From Anaerolineae bacterium (GTDB lineage Bacteria > Chloroflexota > Anaerolineae > CG2-30-64-16), in assembly GCA_040766655.1 (NCBI GenBank), contig JAXGQB010000009.1:114685-178684 (forward strand): 64,000 bases of DNA, in the 5' to 3' direction. Positions 44,780-55,004 of the stretch are shown in pieces. Position 1 is the stretch's first letter, and each line of letters opens with the position of its first letter. The notes beneath the pieces are model-generated. The model was not told the DNA's origin. It did no database searches and was given only the letters and a program-made list of their open reading frames with translations. The position numbers and the translations under genes are program-made.

Positions 44780-45828
44780 CGCGGCACCTCGAAGTCCAGC
44801 ACGACCTGCAGCGCGGCGCCGGGGTCCTCGTCCAGCATGCGGAACGCGTCGGGCGCCTCGCGCCACGGCACGACGTGGGTGATCAGCGGCTTCAGCTGTA
44901 GCGTCCCCTCGGCCTGCAGCCGGATGCCGGTCCGTACGAGCCGATCCCGATTCCACCGGTAGCTCAGCTCGGGCCCCACGCCGGAGATCTGGGAGCAGAC
45001 CACGGTGACCCGGTTGTGGTGGAACTCCTCTCCGAGATCTAGCCCTAGACCCGGCCCCTGGAAGAAGCCCAGCGCGACCACCTTGCCTGAGTACGTGGCC
45101 GAACGCACCGCTTCGTGCAGCGCAGGGTAGGCGCCGGATGCCTCGATGCAGACGTCCGCGCCGCGGCCATCGGTCAACGCCTTGATCTGCTCCGCGATCC
45201 GCCCCGCGCGGGCGTCGAGGGGCACGTCCACCGCGCCCAGATCGACCGCCGTGGCCCGCCGCGATTCGATCAGGTCGACCCCGATCACGCGCGCGCCGGA
45301 GCGCTTTGCCATCTGAGCGACGATCTGGCCGGGGACGCCCAGGCCGAACACGGCCACGGTCTCGCCCAACCGGATCGCGGCGTCGAGGATGCCGTTCAGC
45401 GCGATGGCCGCCATGTGCGAGTAGATGCCCACGATGGGGTCCAGCCCGGGCGGCAGGATGCGGCCGGCCGCGTAGTCCTCGGCCGCGATGTGCGTCGTGC
45501 GGTGCCCCCAGGTGCCACACACGATGTCGCCGACCTTCACGCGACGGACCTCGCTGCCCACCTCGATCACCTCGCCCGACTCCTCGTAGCCCAGGTCGCG
45601 CACGGGGTACTGCTTCGACGGCGCCTCCCCCGGCACAAACAGGCGCTGCTCGCCGTCCCAGCGCTTATGGAGATACACATTGCTGCCGCGGTACGCGGTC
45701 AGCTCGGTGCCGGCGCTGATGCCGGAATAGAGGGTGCGGACCCGCACTTCACGCGGCTCCAGTGCGCGATCTGGAATCTCCTCGAAGCCCAGGGTGCGCA
45801 GCCCTTCCAGAATCAATGCTTCGCTCAT
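44776..45828 (-). CDS. MDR-superfamily (Zn-type) alcohol/polyol dehydrogenase-like
   Basis: Start MSEALILEG (GGAGAG RBS). GYEESGEV (GHE-like), Rossmann GLGVPGQIVAQMA. Confidence 0.8.
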   Translation of the reverse strand: MSEALILEGLRTLGFEEIPDRALEPREVRVRTLYSGISAGTELTAYRGSNVYLHKRWDGEQRLFVPGEAPSKQYPVRDLGYEESGEVIEVGSEVRRVKVGDIVCGTWGHRTTHIAAEDYAAGRILPPGLDPIVGIYSHMAAIALNGILDAAIRLGETVAVFGLGVPGQIVAQMAKRSGARVIGVDLIESRRATAVDLGAVDVPLDARAGRIAEQIKALTDGRGADVCIEASGAYPALHEAVRSATYSGKVVALGFFQGPGLGLDLGEEFHHNRVTVVCSQISGVGPELSYRWNRDRLVRTGIRLQAEGTLQLKPLITHVVPWREAPDAFRMLDEDPGAALQVVLDFEVPR

Positions 45829-45979
45829 ATCTCTCCTCACCTGTCAGGGGGGAATCACCGCAGACGCCAACATCATACCGAGTGCCCCATGATCTGTCCA
45901 GCGTCTTCGAGCTGGCGTGGCCAACGCCGGGCCGAGTCATGCAAATTGCGCATTCGCACCGCGACTTTTCCGAAATCCA

Positions 45980-46031
45980 TTGACAGCCAAAACGTTTCGG
46001 TGTATGATGACGGTCGTCCGAAACGTTTCGG
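45980..46031 (+). promoter_or_regulatory. Promoter TTGACA-17-TATGAT with two palindromic LacI-type operators: CCAAAACGTTTCGG (45987-46000, in the spacer) and CCGAAACGTTTCGG (46018-46031, just downstream)
   Basis: CGAAACGTTTCG is a perfect 12-bp palindrome with the central CG typical of LacI/GalR-family operators. The region lies between divergent dehydrogenase genes and lacI-family gene. Confidence 0.6.
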
Positions 46032-46081
46032 CTTGGCTCCCAGGCCGAAGGTGGGGTTCAGGTTCTCGAGGGAGAGGCCGG

Positions 46082-47113
46082 ATGACCGCGACGCTCAAAC
46101 AGATCGCACGCCGGACCGGCAAGTCCATTACCACGGTGTCGCGCGCGCTGGCCGATTACGACGATGTCAGCCCCGAGACCAAGGCGCTCGTGCGCCGCGT
46201 CGCCGACGAGCTCGGCTACACCCCCAACCTGCTGGCCCAACGTCTTCAGAAGCGCCGATCCGACACGATCGGCCTCATCCTCCCGACTTTCGGCCCGCGT
46301 TTCTCGGATCCCTTCTTCAGCGAATTCCTGGCCGGCGTCGGCAACGCCGCCACGGAGCACGGCTACGACCTGTTGGTCTCCACCCAGGCGCCGGGTGACG
46401 GCGAGCTGCAGGTCTACCGGCAGAAAGTGCAAAGCCACCAGGTCGACGGCTTCGTCATCGTCCGCACCCGGCGGCAGGATGCCCGTATCCAATACCTGCA
46501 GGATGCCGCCTTCCCCTTCACGGCCTTCGGCCGGATGGAGGGCGACCTGGATTTTCCCTTCGTCGACGTCGACGGCGTGGAAGGAATGCGGGCCATCGGC
46601 AAGCACCTGGTCGGGCTGGGACACCGGCGCATCGCCTGCCTGGCCCCGCCCGCCGACCTGCTCTTCACCGATCATCGCCTGGCCGGGCTGCGCGAGGCGC
46701 TCGCCCCGCACGGTTTGGCGCTGCCGGACGACCAGATCATCAACGGCGATCTCACCCAGAAAAGCGGTTTCGACGCGGTGGAGCATCTCCTCAGTCGTTC
46801 TCAGGCGCCGACCGCCATTGCCGCGTGTAACGACCTGATGGCGCTGGGGGCCATGAGCGCGATCCAGGGACGTGGCCTGGCAGTCGGCAAGGACATCGCG
46901 GTCACCGGCTTCGACGACATCCCGATGGCCGAACACTCTCATCCGCCGCTGACGACTGTCCATCAACCCATCTACCAGATCGGCAAGCTTGTGTGCGACA
47001 TGCTCATCCACCTCCTCCGGGGAGAGGCCCTGTCCTCCCGCCAGGTGATCCTGGCGCCGAAGCTGGTGGTGCGGCATTCCTGCGGCAGCGCGCCCCAACC
47101 GGCCGTGGCCTGA
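46082..47113 (+). CDS. LacI-family transcriptional regulator
   Basis: Start MTATLKQIARRTGKSITTVSRAL (HTH) with a GGGAGAGG RBS. Periplasmic-binding-protein-like effector domain. Confidence 0.9.
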   Translation: MTATLKQIARRTGKSITTVSRALADYDDVSPETKALVRRVADELGYTPNLLAQRLQKRRSDTIGLILPTFGPRFSDPFFSEFLAGVGNAATEHGYDLLVSTQAPGDGELQVYRQKVQSHQVDGFVIVRTRRQDARIQYLQDAAFPFTAFGRMEGDLDFPFVDVDGVEGMRAIGKHLVGLGHRRIACLAPPADLLFTDHRLAGLREALAPHGLALPDDQIINGDLTQKSGFDAVEHLLSRSQAPTAIAACNDLMALGAMSAIQGRGLAVGKDIAVTGFDDIPMAEHSHPPLTTVHQPIYQIGKLVCDMLIHLLRGEALSSRQVILAPKLVVRHSCGSAPQPAVA

Positions 47114-47258
47114 GCGAGCCGATGGAGGCGCGCGAGGAGGTGAAGTATCGCCAGAGACCGCCAAAGATCATACCTGCGAGGCGAGAGCGTGATGCAGCTG
47201 TCGCCCGGAAACCGAATGGCATCACAATTCCAAATTTCCCAAATGTAGGAGAAGATCG

Positions 47259-48674
<1,416 letters not shown>

Positions 48675-48794
48675 TCCACGGTTTCGCTCGCGGCGGGTCA
48701 GGAGACCCGTCGCGAGCCTGACAGGATGCTGTCCCCGCGTAGGGCAGTTTGCAGACCCCCCATGTGGGGCAGCGTCCTTCACAGGAGCAGGCCT

Positions 48795-50213
48795 ATGACA
48801 AGCGAAGTAGTCACGCGGACAACCGAACCTGCCGCGCCGGCAAAGCAGCGCCGGCAGAAAATCAATTGGGCGCCCTACATACTGATCCTACCCTCGCTGC
48901 TCTACCTGGCCATCTTCTTCGCGCTGCCGATGGTGCGCGCGGTCCGGCTGGCGGTGTGGGATGACGGGGCGCTGCTGACCCTGCGCGACGAAGCCGCTGC
49001 GGGCAGCCGCTCGGCCGGAGCCCTGCCGCAGGGCACTCAAGTCGCCTTGCTCGACCGGCAGGGGATCGTTGTCGCGCCCGACGAAGTAGCTGGCGGAACC
49101 GCCCTGACGGAGACATGGCTGCGCGTGGCGGCGGCCGATCCCAACGGACAACAGGTCACGGGCTGGGTGTCCGACAGTCGCATACGCGTGCGCGCCACCG
49201 ATGCACAGGGCGCTCCCTCGGAGGGCACCGTGCGGCCCAAACTGGGCGCCACTGCGGATCCGCTGACCAGCGTCTATGCCGAACCGAACGAGAGGAGCGC
49301 AGTGACGGGCAGCCTGGCCAACAGCGCCGTGGTGGGCATCACGGAACAAGCGGTGCTGGAGGTGTGGTTCAGAATCGAGGGCCAGAGCGATGGACAGACC
49401 GTCGCCGGCTGGGTGCCGTCACGGACGCTGCAGGTCTATGACGAAACCAGCGGCCGGGTCGACACGGGCGACACCGGCCAGTTCACGACCGCCTATATTG
49501 AAAAGATGCTCAACGACCGGTTCTTCAAGCCCGCGCTCGGAACCACGTTACTGCTGATGGTGCTCATCATCCCGGTGCAGTTCATCCTCGCCATCATCAT
49601 GGCGCTGGTGATCCAGGCCCGGCTGAAGTTCAGCACGGTCTTCCTGGCCATCTTCGCGATCCCGCTGGCCGCGTCCGATCTGGCCGTGGGCATCGTCTTC
49701 TCCTCCATCTTCACGCAAAACGGCTATCTCAACAGCATCCTGCAGGCGCTGGGCCTGATCAGCAGTGCACAACCCTATCTCACTGCGGACACCCGCCATT
49801 GGATCATCATCGCCATCTGGCTGGCCGAGGTGTGGCGCGCCACGGCGATCGTGATGATCATCGTGGTCTCAGGGCTGCAAGCCATCTCGCAGGAGGTGCT
49901 CGAAGCGGCTGAGGTGTTCGGCGCCTCGCTCTGGCAGCGCGTGCGTCACGTCATCCTGCCGATGCTGAAGCCCAGCCTCCAGGTGGCCCTGATCCTGCGC
50001 ACCATCCTCGCCCTACAGGTATTCGCGGTGGTGATCGCGCTCTCCGGCGGTGAAGTGGTCACGGTGTTGGCCAATGAGACATACCGCCAGTACTACGACC
50101 TGCGCAACATGAACCTGGCCGCCGCATATGCCGGCTTCATCCTGGTGATCTCCATGATCACCGCGGTCATCTACCTGCGCATGGTCCGCACACAAGAGGA
50201 GGCCGGCCAATGA
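48795..50213 (+). CDS. Sugar ABC transporter permease (MalF-like) with about 200-aa periplasmic insert containing two SH3b-like repeats
   Basis: Start MTSEVV. TM1, then QQVTGWVSDSRIRV and QTVAGWVPSRTLQV repeats, then the EAA-loop permease core. Confidence 0.85.
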   Translation: MTSEVVTRTTEPAAPAKQRRQKINWAPYILILPSLLYLAIFFALPMVRAVRLAVWDDGALLTLRDEAAAGSRSAGALPQGTQVALLDRQGIVVAPDEVAGGTALTETWLRVAAADPNGQQVTGWVSDSRIRVRATDAQGAPSEGTVRPKLGATADPLTSVYAEPNERSAVTGSLANSAVVGITEQAVLEVWFRIEGQSDGQTVAGWVPSRTLQVYDETSGRVDTGDTGQFTTAYIEKMLNDRFFKPALGTTLLLMVLIIPVQFILAIIMALVIQARLKFSTVFLAIFAIPLAASDLAVGIVFSSIFTQNGYLNSILQALGLISSAQPYLTADTRHWIIIAIWLAEVWRATAIVMIIVVSGLQAISQEVLEAAEVFGASLWQRVRHVILPMLKPSLQVALILRTILALQVFAVVIALSGGEVVTVLANETYRQYYDLRNMNLAAAYAGFILVISMITAVIYLRMVRTQEEAGQ

Positions 50214-51091
50214 CAACTGCTGACAACTCCGGCGCCCTGATCTCTGCCGAGATGGCGGCCGTCCGCGCGAAAGCACGCCGCCGCATGATGATGGGCCGCG
50301 CGTTCACTTACCTGGTGGGCATCGTGCTCTGCTTGTGGGTGTTGGTGCCCATCTGGTTCATCGCCTCGATGGCGCTGACCACGCCCGAAGTGGTGCGCTC
50401 CTATCCCAAGGGCGTGTTGCCCTTCATCCCCTTCTCGTTCGAAACGATGAAGTTCTTCCTGGGTTCGTTCGGCATCGTGCCCGGCCTGATCAACAGCGTC
50501 ATCGTCGCGGTGATCACCTTGACGCTCTCGACGCTGATCGCCGCGCCGGCAGGCTATGCCATCTCGCGCTACATCTTCCGGGGCCGCGATGCCTTCCGCC
50601 TCTCGATCCTGGCCGTGCGCGCCTTCCCGGTGGTGATCCTCTCCATCCCACTGGCCGTGACCTTCATCAGCCTGGGCATCTTCGACAAGGTTTACAGCCT
50701 GGCGTTGATGCACACCGCGCTGACGCTGCCCACCACCATCCTGGTGATCGGCAGCGTGTTCGCCAGCATCCCCTACGAACTGGAGGAGGCCGCCCAGGTG
50801 TTTGGCTGCACGCCCGTGCAGGCGTTCCGCCGCGTGGTGCTGCCGCTCGTGCTGCCGGGCATCGCCGCGGCCGCGGTCTTCACCTTCGTCATGTCGTGGA
50901 ACGAGGTCTTTGCGGCCACCGTGCTGACTGTGCAGAATCGCACGCTGCCCGCCCAGGTGCTGGTCTCGCTGCAGCTATCGGGGGAGCCTTACAGGTTCGC
51001 CGGCGGGTTCTTCATGCTGGTGCCCTCGGTGATCTTCATCTTCGCGATCCGCAAGTACCTGTTCAACATGTGGGGACAGATCAGCAAGTAG
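50210..51091 (+). CDS. Sugar ABC transporter permease (MalG-like)
   Basis: 293 aa, 6 TM helices, EAA motif region LEEAAQVFGCTP. ATGA overlap with the upstream gene. Confidence 0.9.
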   Translation: MTTADNSGALISAEMAAVRAKARRRMMMGRAFTYLVGIVLCLWVLVPIWFIASMALTTPEVVRSYPKGVLPFIPFSFETMKFFLGSFGIVPGLINSVIVAVITLTLSTLIAAPAGYAISRYIFRGRDAFRLSILAVRAFPVVILSIPLAVTFISLGIFDKVYSLALMHTALTLPTTILVIGSVFASIPYELEEAAQVFGCTPVQAFRRVVLPLVLPGIAAAAVFTFVMSWNEVFAATVLTVQNRTLPAQVLVSLQLSGEPYRFAGGFFMLVPSVIFIFAIRKYLFNMWGQISK

Positions 51092-51109
51092 TCTAACAGG
51101 AGTTCGAGC

Positions 51110-52207
51110 ATGGCTGAGATCAAAATCGAAAACGTGACTAAGCGATTCGGCAACTTCATCGCCGTTAACGATGCCAACCTGACGATCCACGACCGCGAGT
51201 TCATGGTGTTGCTTGGCCCCAGCGGCTGCGGCAAGACCACTCTCCTGCGCGCGATCGCCGGGCTGGGCGTGGCCGACGAGGGCCGAATCAGCATCGGCGG
51301 CAAGGAAGTCACCTTCCTGCCCCCGCGCGAGCGGGGCATCTCGATGGTGTTCCAGAGCTACGCCATCTTCCCGCACATGACGGTGTACGACAACGTCGCG
51401 TTCGGCCTTGCGATGCAGAAGCTGGACAAGGCGGAGATCGACCGCCGCGTGAAGCGGGCCGCTGAACTGCTCCACATCGAGAAGATGCTGGACAGATACC
51501 CCTCCAAGATGAGCGGCGGCCAACGCCAACGCGTCGCCGTCGCGCGCGCCATCGCCATGCAGTCGCAGGTGCTGCTGATGGACGAGCCGCTGAGCAATCT
51601 CGACGCGCTGCTGCGGCTCGAGATGCGTGCGGAACTCAAACGGCTGCTGGCCGAGCTGGGCGCCACGACCATCTACGTGACCCATGACCAGATCGAGGCG
51701 ATGAGCATGGGCGACCGCATCGCGGTCATGAAGGATGGCATCATCGAGCAGGTCGACCATCCCACCACCATCTACGACTTCCCGGCGAACCAGTTCATCG
51801 GCGGATTCATCGGCAACCCGCCCATGAACTTCCTGGATGGCCAGGTGCAGCGGGAGAACGGCCACACCATCGTGAAGCTCGGCGAGGACTTCAGCCTGAC
51901 GCCGCAACCGGCCCTGCAGCCGCTGTTGACCCCTTACGACGGCAAGCCGATCATGGTGGGCATCCGGGCGGAGAACATGGAGACGCTCGCCGCACCCGCC
52001 GACGACGCGCTCAAGGCCAGCGTGCTGGTGGTGGAACCGTTAGGCTCGCAGAACCTGCTGACCGTTGCCTTCGGCAGGCACCGGATCAAGGTCTCGACCC
52101 ATCCGACCTTCGAGACCAGGGCCGACGCGAACGTGTGGCTGCGCTTCCCGGAGGACAGCATCCGCTGGATCGATCCGGACACAAAACGCGCGCTGTACCC
52201 GGGCTGA
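51110..52207 (+). CDS. Sugar ABC transporter ATP-binding protein (MalK/UgpC-like)
   Basis: Walker A GPSGCGKTT, signature MSGGQRQRVAVARA, Walker B LLMDEPLSNLD. C-terminal TOBE domain. Confidence 0.9.
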   Translation: MAEIKIENVTKRFGNFIAVNDANLTIHDREFMVLLGPSGCGKTTLLRAIAGLGVADEGRISIGGKEVTFLPPRERGISMVFQSYAIFPHMTVYDNVAFGLAMQKLDKAEIDRRVKRAAELLHIEKMLDRYPSKMSGGQRQRVAVARAIAMQSQVLLMDEPLSNLDALLRLEMRAELKRLLAELGATTIYVTHDQIEAMSMGDRIAVMKDGIIEQVDHPTTIYDFPANQFIGGFIGNPPMNFLDGQVQRENGHTIVKLGEDFSLTPQPALQPLLTPYDGKPIMVGIRAENMETLAAPADDALKASVLVVEPLGSQNLLTVAFGRHRIKVSTHPTFETRADANVWLRFPEDSIRWIDPDTKRALYPG

Positions 52208-52223
52208 TGTGAGGCCCAAGGCC

Positions 52224-53639
52224 ATGAACATCGGATTCGTCTCTACGCGCATTGCGGGCACCGACGGCGTCTCGCTGGAGATCGCCAAGCTCGCCGAAAT
52301 CCTGACCCGCCTGGGCCATCGTTGCTGCTACTGCGCCGGCGAGTTGGACGACGCGCGCACGCCGGGCCAACTCGTGCCGGAGATGCACTTCACACACCCC
52401 GAAGCGCGCTGGATCCACGATCACAGCTTCGGGACGACCGAGCCTGCGCCCGATCTGCATGAGCGCATCGCGGCGATGGCCGCCCGCCTGCGCGCGGCCA
52501 TCGCCCGCTTCGTGGACGAGCAGCACGTCGACGTGCTCTTCGCACAGAATGCCCTGGCCATCCCCATGCACGTGCCGCTGGGCGTGGCGCTCACCGATTT
52601 CATCGCCGGCACGGGCATGCGCACCCTGTCCCATAATCACGACCTGGCCTGGGAGCGCGAGCGCTTCGCGGTCAACTGCATCCCCCAGATCCTGGAGCGC
52701 TGCTTCCCGCCGGCCCTGCCGTCCGTCAGGCACCTGGCCATCAACTCGCTGGCCCAGGCGGCCATGGCGCAACGCAAGGACATCCGGGCAGTCGTCCTGC
52801 CCAATATCTTCGACTTCAACACCGCGGCCCCGGCCATGTCCCCGGCCAATGCCGGCCTGCGGGCCGCGTTGGGGCTGAGCGATGACCAACTGATGATCCT
52901 GCAGCCGACGCGCGTGATCGCCCGCAAGGGGATCGAGCTCGCCATCGAGCTGGTGCGCCGGCTGCGGGAGCCCGCGGTCGGCCACCGGCTGTTGGGCAAG
53001 GAGCCGGTCCTGGTTATCACCCATCCCGCGGGCGACGAAGGGCTGGCCTACCTCGAGAAGATCCAGGAACGCGCCGCGCAGGATCGCGTGCCGTTGCTCT
53101 ACGCGGCCGATCGTTTCACCGCGCAGGCGTTGGCGCCCGCTGCGGCTGTAGGGGCGGGGTTACCCCGCCCCTACACGTCACCCCGCCCCGATACGTTACC
53201 CCGCCCCGATACGTTACCCCGCCCCGATACGTCACCCCGCATCGATACATCACCCCGCCCCGCCGCAGCGCCCTACGCCCTGTGGGACGCCTACGTGCAT
53301 GCGGACTTCGTGACGTACCCCAGCGTGATCGAAGGCTTCGGCAACGCGCTGCTGGAGGCGCTCTACTTCCGCGTGCCGACGCTGGTCAACCGCTACGACG
53401 TCTACGCGTCCGACATCGGGCCGCTCGGCTTCGACCTGGTGGAAATCGACGCGGGGGGTGACCCGGAAAACCTGGCAGCTATCACCCATGAGACCGTCGA
53501 CGCAGTGATCGAGGCCACCATCGACCCGGTCCGGCGCCGGCGCATGGTGGAGTGGAACTATCACCTGGCCCGCCAGCACTATTCGCTCGAGGCTGTGACG
53601 CCCCTGCTGGCCGGGCTCCTGGAGGACAAGTGGCCGTGA
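52224..53639 (+). CDS. GT4-fold (GT-B) glycosyltransferase-like enzyme inside a catabolic operon, with (L/S)PRPDT tandem-repeat insertion
   Basis: Start MNIGFVSTRIAG. GT4 EX7E region VIEGFGNALLEALYFRVP. 55-aa low-complexity insert PRPYTSPRPDTLPRPDTLPRPDTSPRIDTSPRP. Confidence 0.65.
   Translation: MNIGFVSTRIAGTDGVSLEIAKLAEILTRLGHRCCYCAGELDDARTPGQLVPEMHFTHPEARWIHDHSFGTTEPAPDLHERIAAMAARLRAAIARFVDEQHVDVLFAQNALAIPMHVPLGVALTDFIAGTGMRTLSHNHDLAWERERFAVNCIPQILERCFPPALPSVRHLAINSLAQAAMAQRKDIRAVVLPNIFDFNTAAPAMSPANAGLRAALGLSDDQLMILQPTRVIARKGIELAIELVRRLREPAVGHRLLGKEPVLVITHPAGDEGLAYLEKIQERAAQDRVPLLYAADRFTAQALAPAAAVGAGLPRPYTSPRPDTLPRPDTLPRPDTSPRIDTSPRPAAAPYALWDAYVHADFVTYPSVIEGFGNALLEALYFRVPTLVNRYDVYASDIGPLGFDLVEIDAGGDPENLAAITHETVDAVIEATIDPVRRRRMVEWNYHLARQHYSLEAVTPLLAGLLEDKWP
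53160..53267. repeat. 18-bp tandem repeat x6 (ttaccccgccccgatacg and variants), preceded by an inverted copy forming a 13-bp palindrome gtaggggcggggt/taccccgcccctac
   Basis: Units at 53160, 53178, 53196, 53214, 53232 and 53250. Palindrome at about 53148-53174. Confidence 0.85.
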
Positions 53640-54979
53640 CCGAGCTCCCTGATGATCGTTCGGACCTGTTGCGCCGCGCACGTGAGGTGCTGGACGCCAA
53701 CTGGCGCGGCAGCTTCAGCGTGCCCGCGCTGCGCCAATACCCGTACCAGTGGTCGTGGGATTCAGCCTTTATCGCGATAGGCTACGCACACTTCGATCAG
53801 CACCGGGCGGAGGAGGAGCTTCGCGCCCTCTTCGCGGCCCAATGGGCCGATGGCCGCGTGCCGCACATCGTATTTCACGAGGCGGATCCGGCCGCGCCCT
53901 ACTTCCCCGGTCCGGCCTTCTGGCAGATCGAGCGCAGCCCGCATGCCCCGTCCACCCACTACACCACCGGCATCGTGCAGCCGCCGGTCCATGCGACCGC
54001 CGTGCTGCACATCCATGACCACGCGGCCGACCCGCAGCGGGCGCTGGCGTATGTGGCGGAGATGTTCCCGAAGCTGTGCGCCTGGCACGACTTCCTCTAC
54101 CGCGAACGGGACCCGCTCGACGAGGGACTGGTCTACATCGTGCACCCGTGGGAGTCGGGCCAGGACAACTCGCCGCTGTGGGACCCGGTCCTGGCGCGCA
54201 TGGCGCTGCGCCCGGAGCAGATCCCGCCTTACCAGCGGGCCGACACCAGGGCGGTGGACCCGTCCGAGCGGCCCCTGAACGCGGACTACGACTGCTACAT
54301 CTACCTGGTGGATTTCTTCCGCCAGCGCGGCTACGATGAAGGGCGGATCTACCGCGAGGGCTGTCCCTTCCTGGTGCAGGATGTCCTGTTCAATACGCTG
54401 CTGTGCCGCGCGGAGCAGGACATGGCGGAACTGGCCGAGCTGATCGGCGCAGATCCGGCGCCGTTCAGGGCGCGCGCCGCGCGCACCGCGGCCGCGATCG
54501 ACGCGAAGCTGTGGGACGAGGATCGCGGCTACTACGCAGACTACGATCTCGGGGCAGGCGCAGCCATCCCGGTGCCTGCCTTGGCGGGCTTTAGTCCCAT
54601 GTTTGCCGGCGTCCCGGACGCCGAACGCGCGGCGCGCATGGTCGGCTACCTGGGCAGCGATGCCTTCTGGCTGGGGCCCGACCCGGCGGGCGGCTTCCCG
54701 GCGTCCAGCTACGACCGCTTCGCGCCCGGCTACTCGCCGCGACGCTACTGGCGCGGCCCTGTGTGGATACACATGAACTGGCTGATGATGCACGGCCTCA
54801 GCGCGTACGGCTACGCCGAACAGGCCGGCCGGCTGCGGTCGGCCATCATCGACCTGCCCCGCGTGGGCGACTTCCGCGAGTACTTCAACCCCGAGACGGG
54901 GACGGGCCACGGCGCCGAGGTCTTCTCATGGACCGCCGCGCTGCTGATCGACGTCCTGAGCAGCGACCAGGTCACATGA
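53636..54979 (+). CDS. GH63-like (alpha/alpha)6-barrel glycoside hydrolase (mannosyl/glucosyl-glycerate hydrolase-like)
   Basis: GTG start overlapping the upstream stop (GTGA). Motifs PYQWSWDSAFIAIG, HPWESGQDNSPLWD, YWRGPVWIHMNWL. Confidence 0.75.
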   Translation: MTELPDDRSDLLRRAREVLDANWRGSFSVPALRQYPYQWSWDSAFIAIGYAHFDQHRAEEELRALFAAQWADGRVPHIVFHEADPAAPYFPGPAFWQIERSPHAPSTHYTTGIVQPPVHATAVLHIHDHAADPQRALAYVAEMFPKLCAWHDFLYRERDPLDEGLVYIVHPWESGQDNSPLWDPVLARMALRPEQIPPYQRADTRAVDPSERPLNADYDCYIYLVDFFRQRGYDEGRIYREGCPFLVQDVLFNTLLCRAEQDMAELAELIGADPAPFRARAARTAAAIDAKLWDEDRGYYADYDLGAGAAIPVPALAGFSPMFAGVPDAERAARMVGYLGSDAFWLGPDPAGGFPASSYDRFAPGYSPRRYWRGPVWIHMNWLMMHGLSAYGYAEQAGRLRSAIIDLPRVGDFREYFNPETGTGHGAEVFSWTAALLIDVLSSDQVT

Positions 54980-55004
54980 GAGTACAAATCCAGCGAGCAG
55001 ACAG

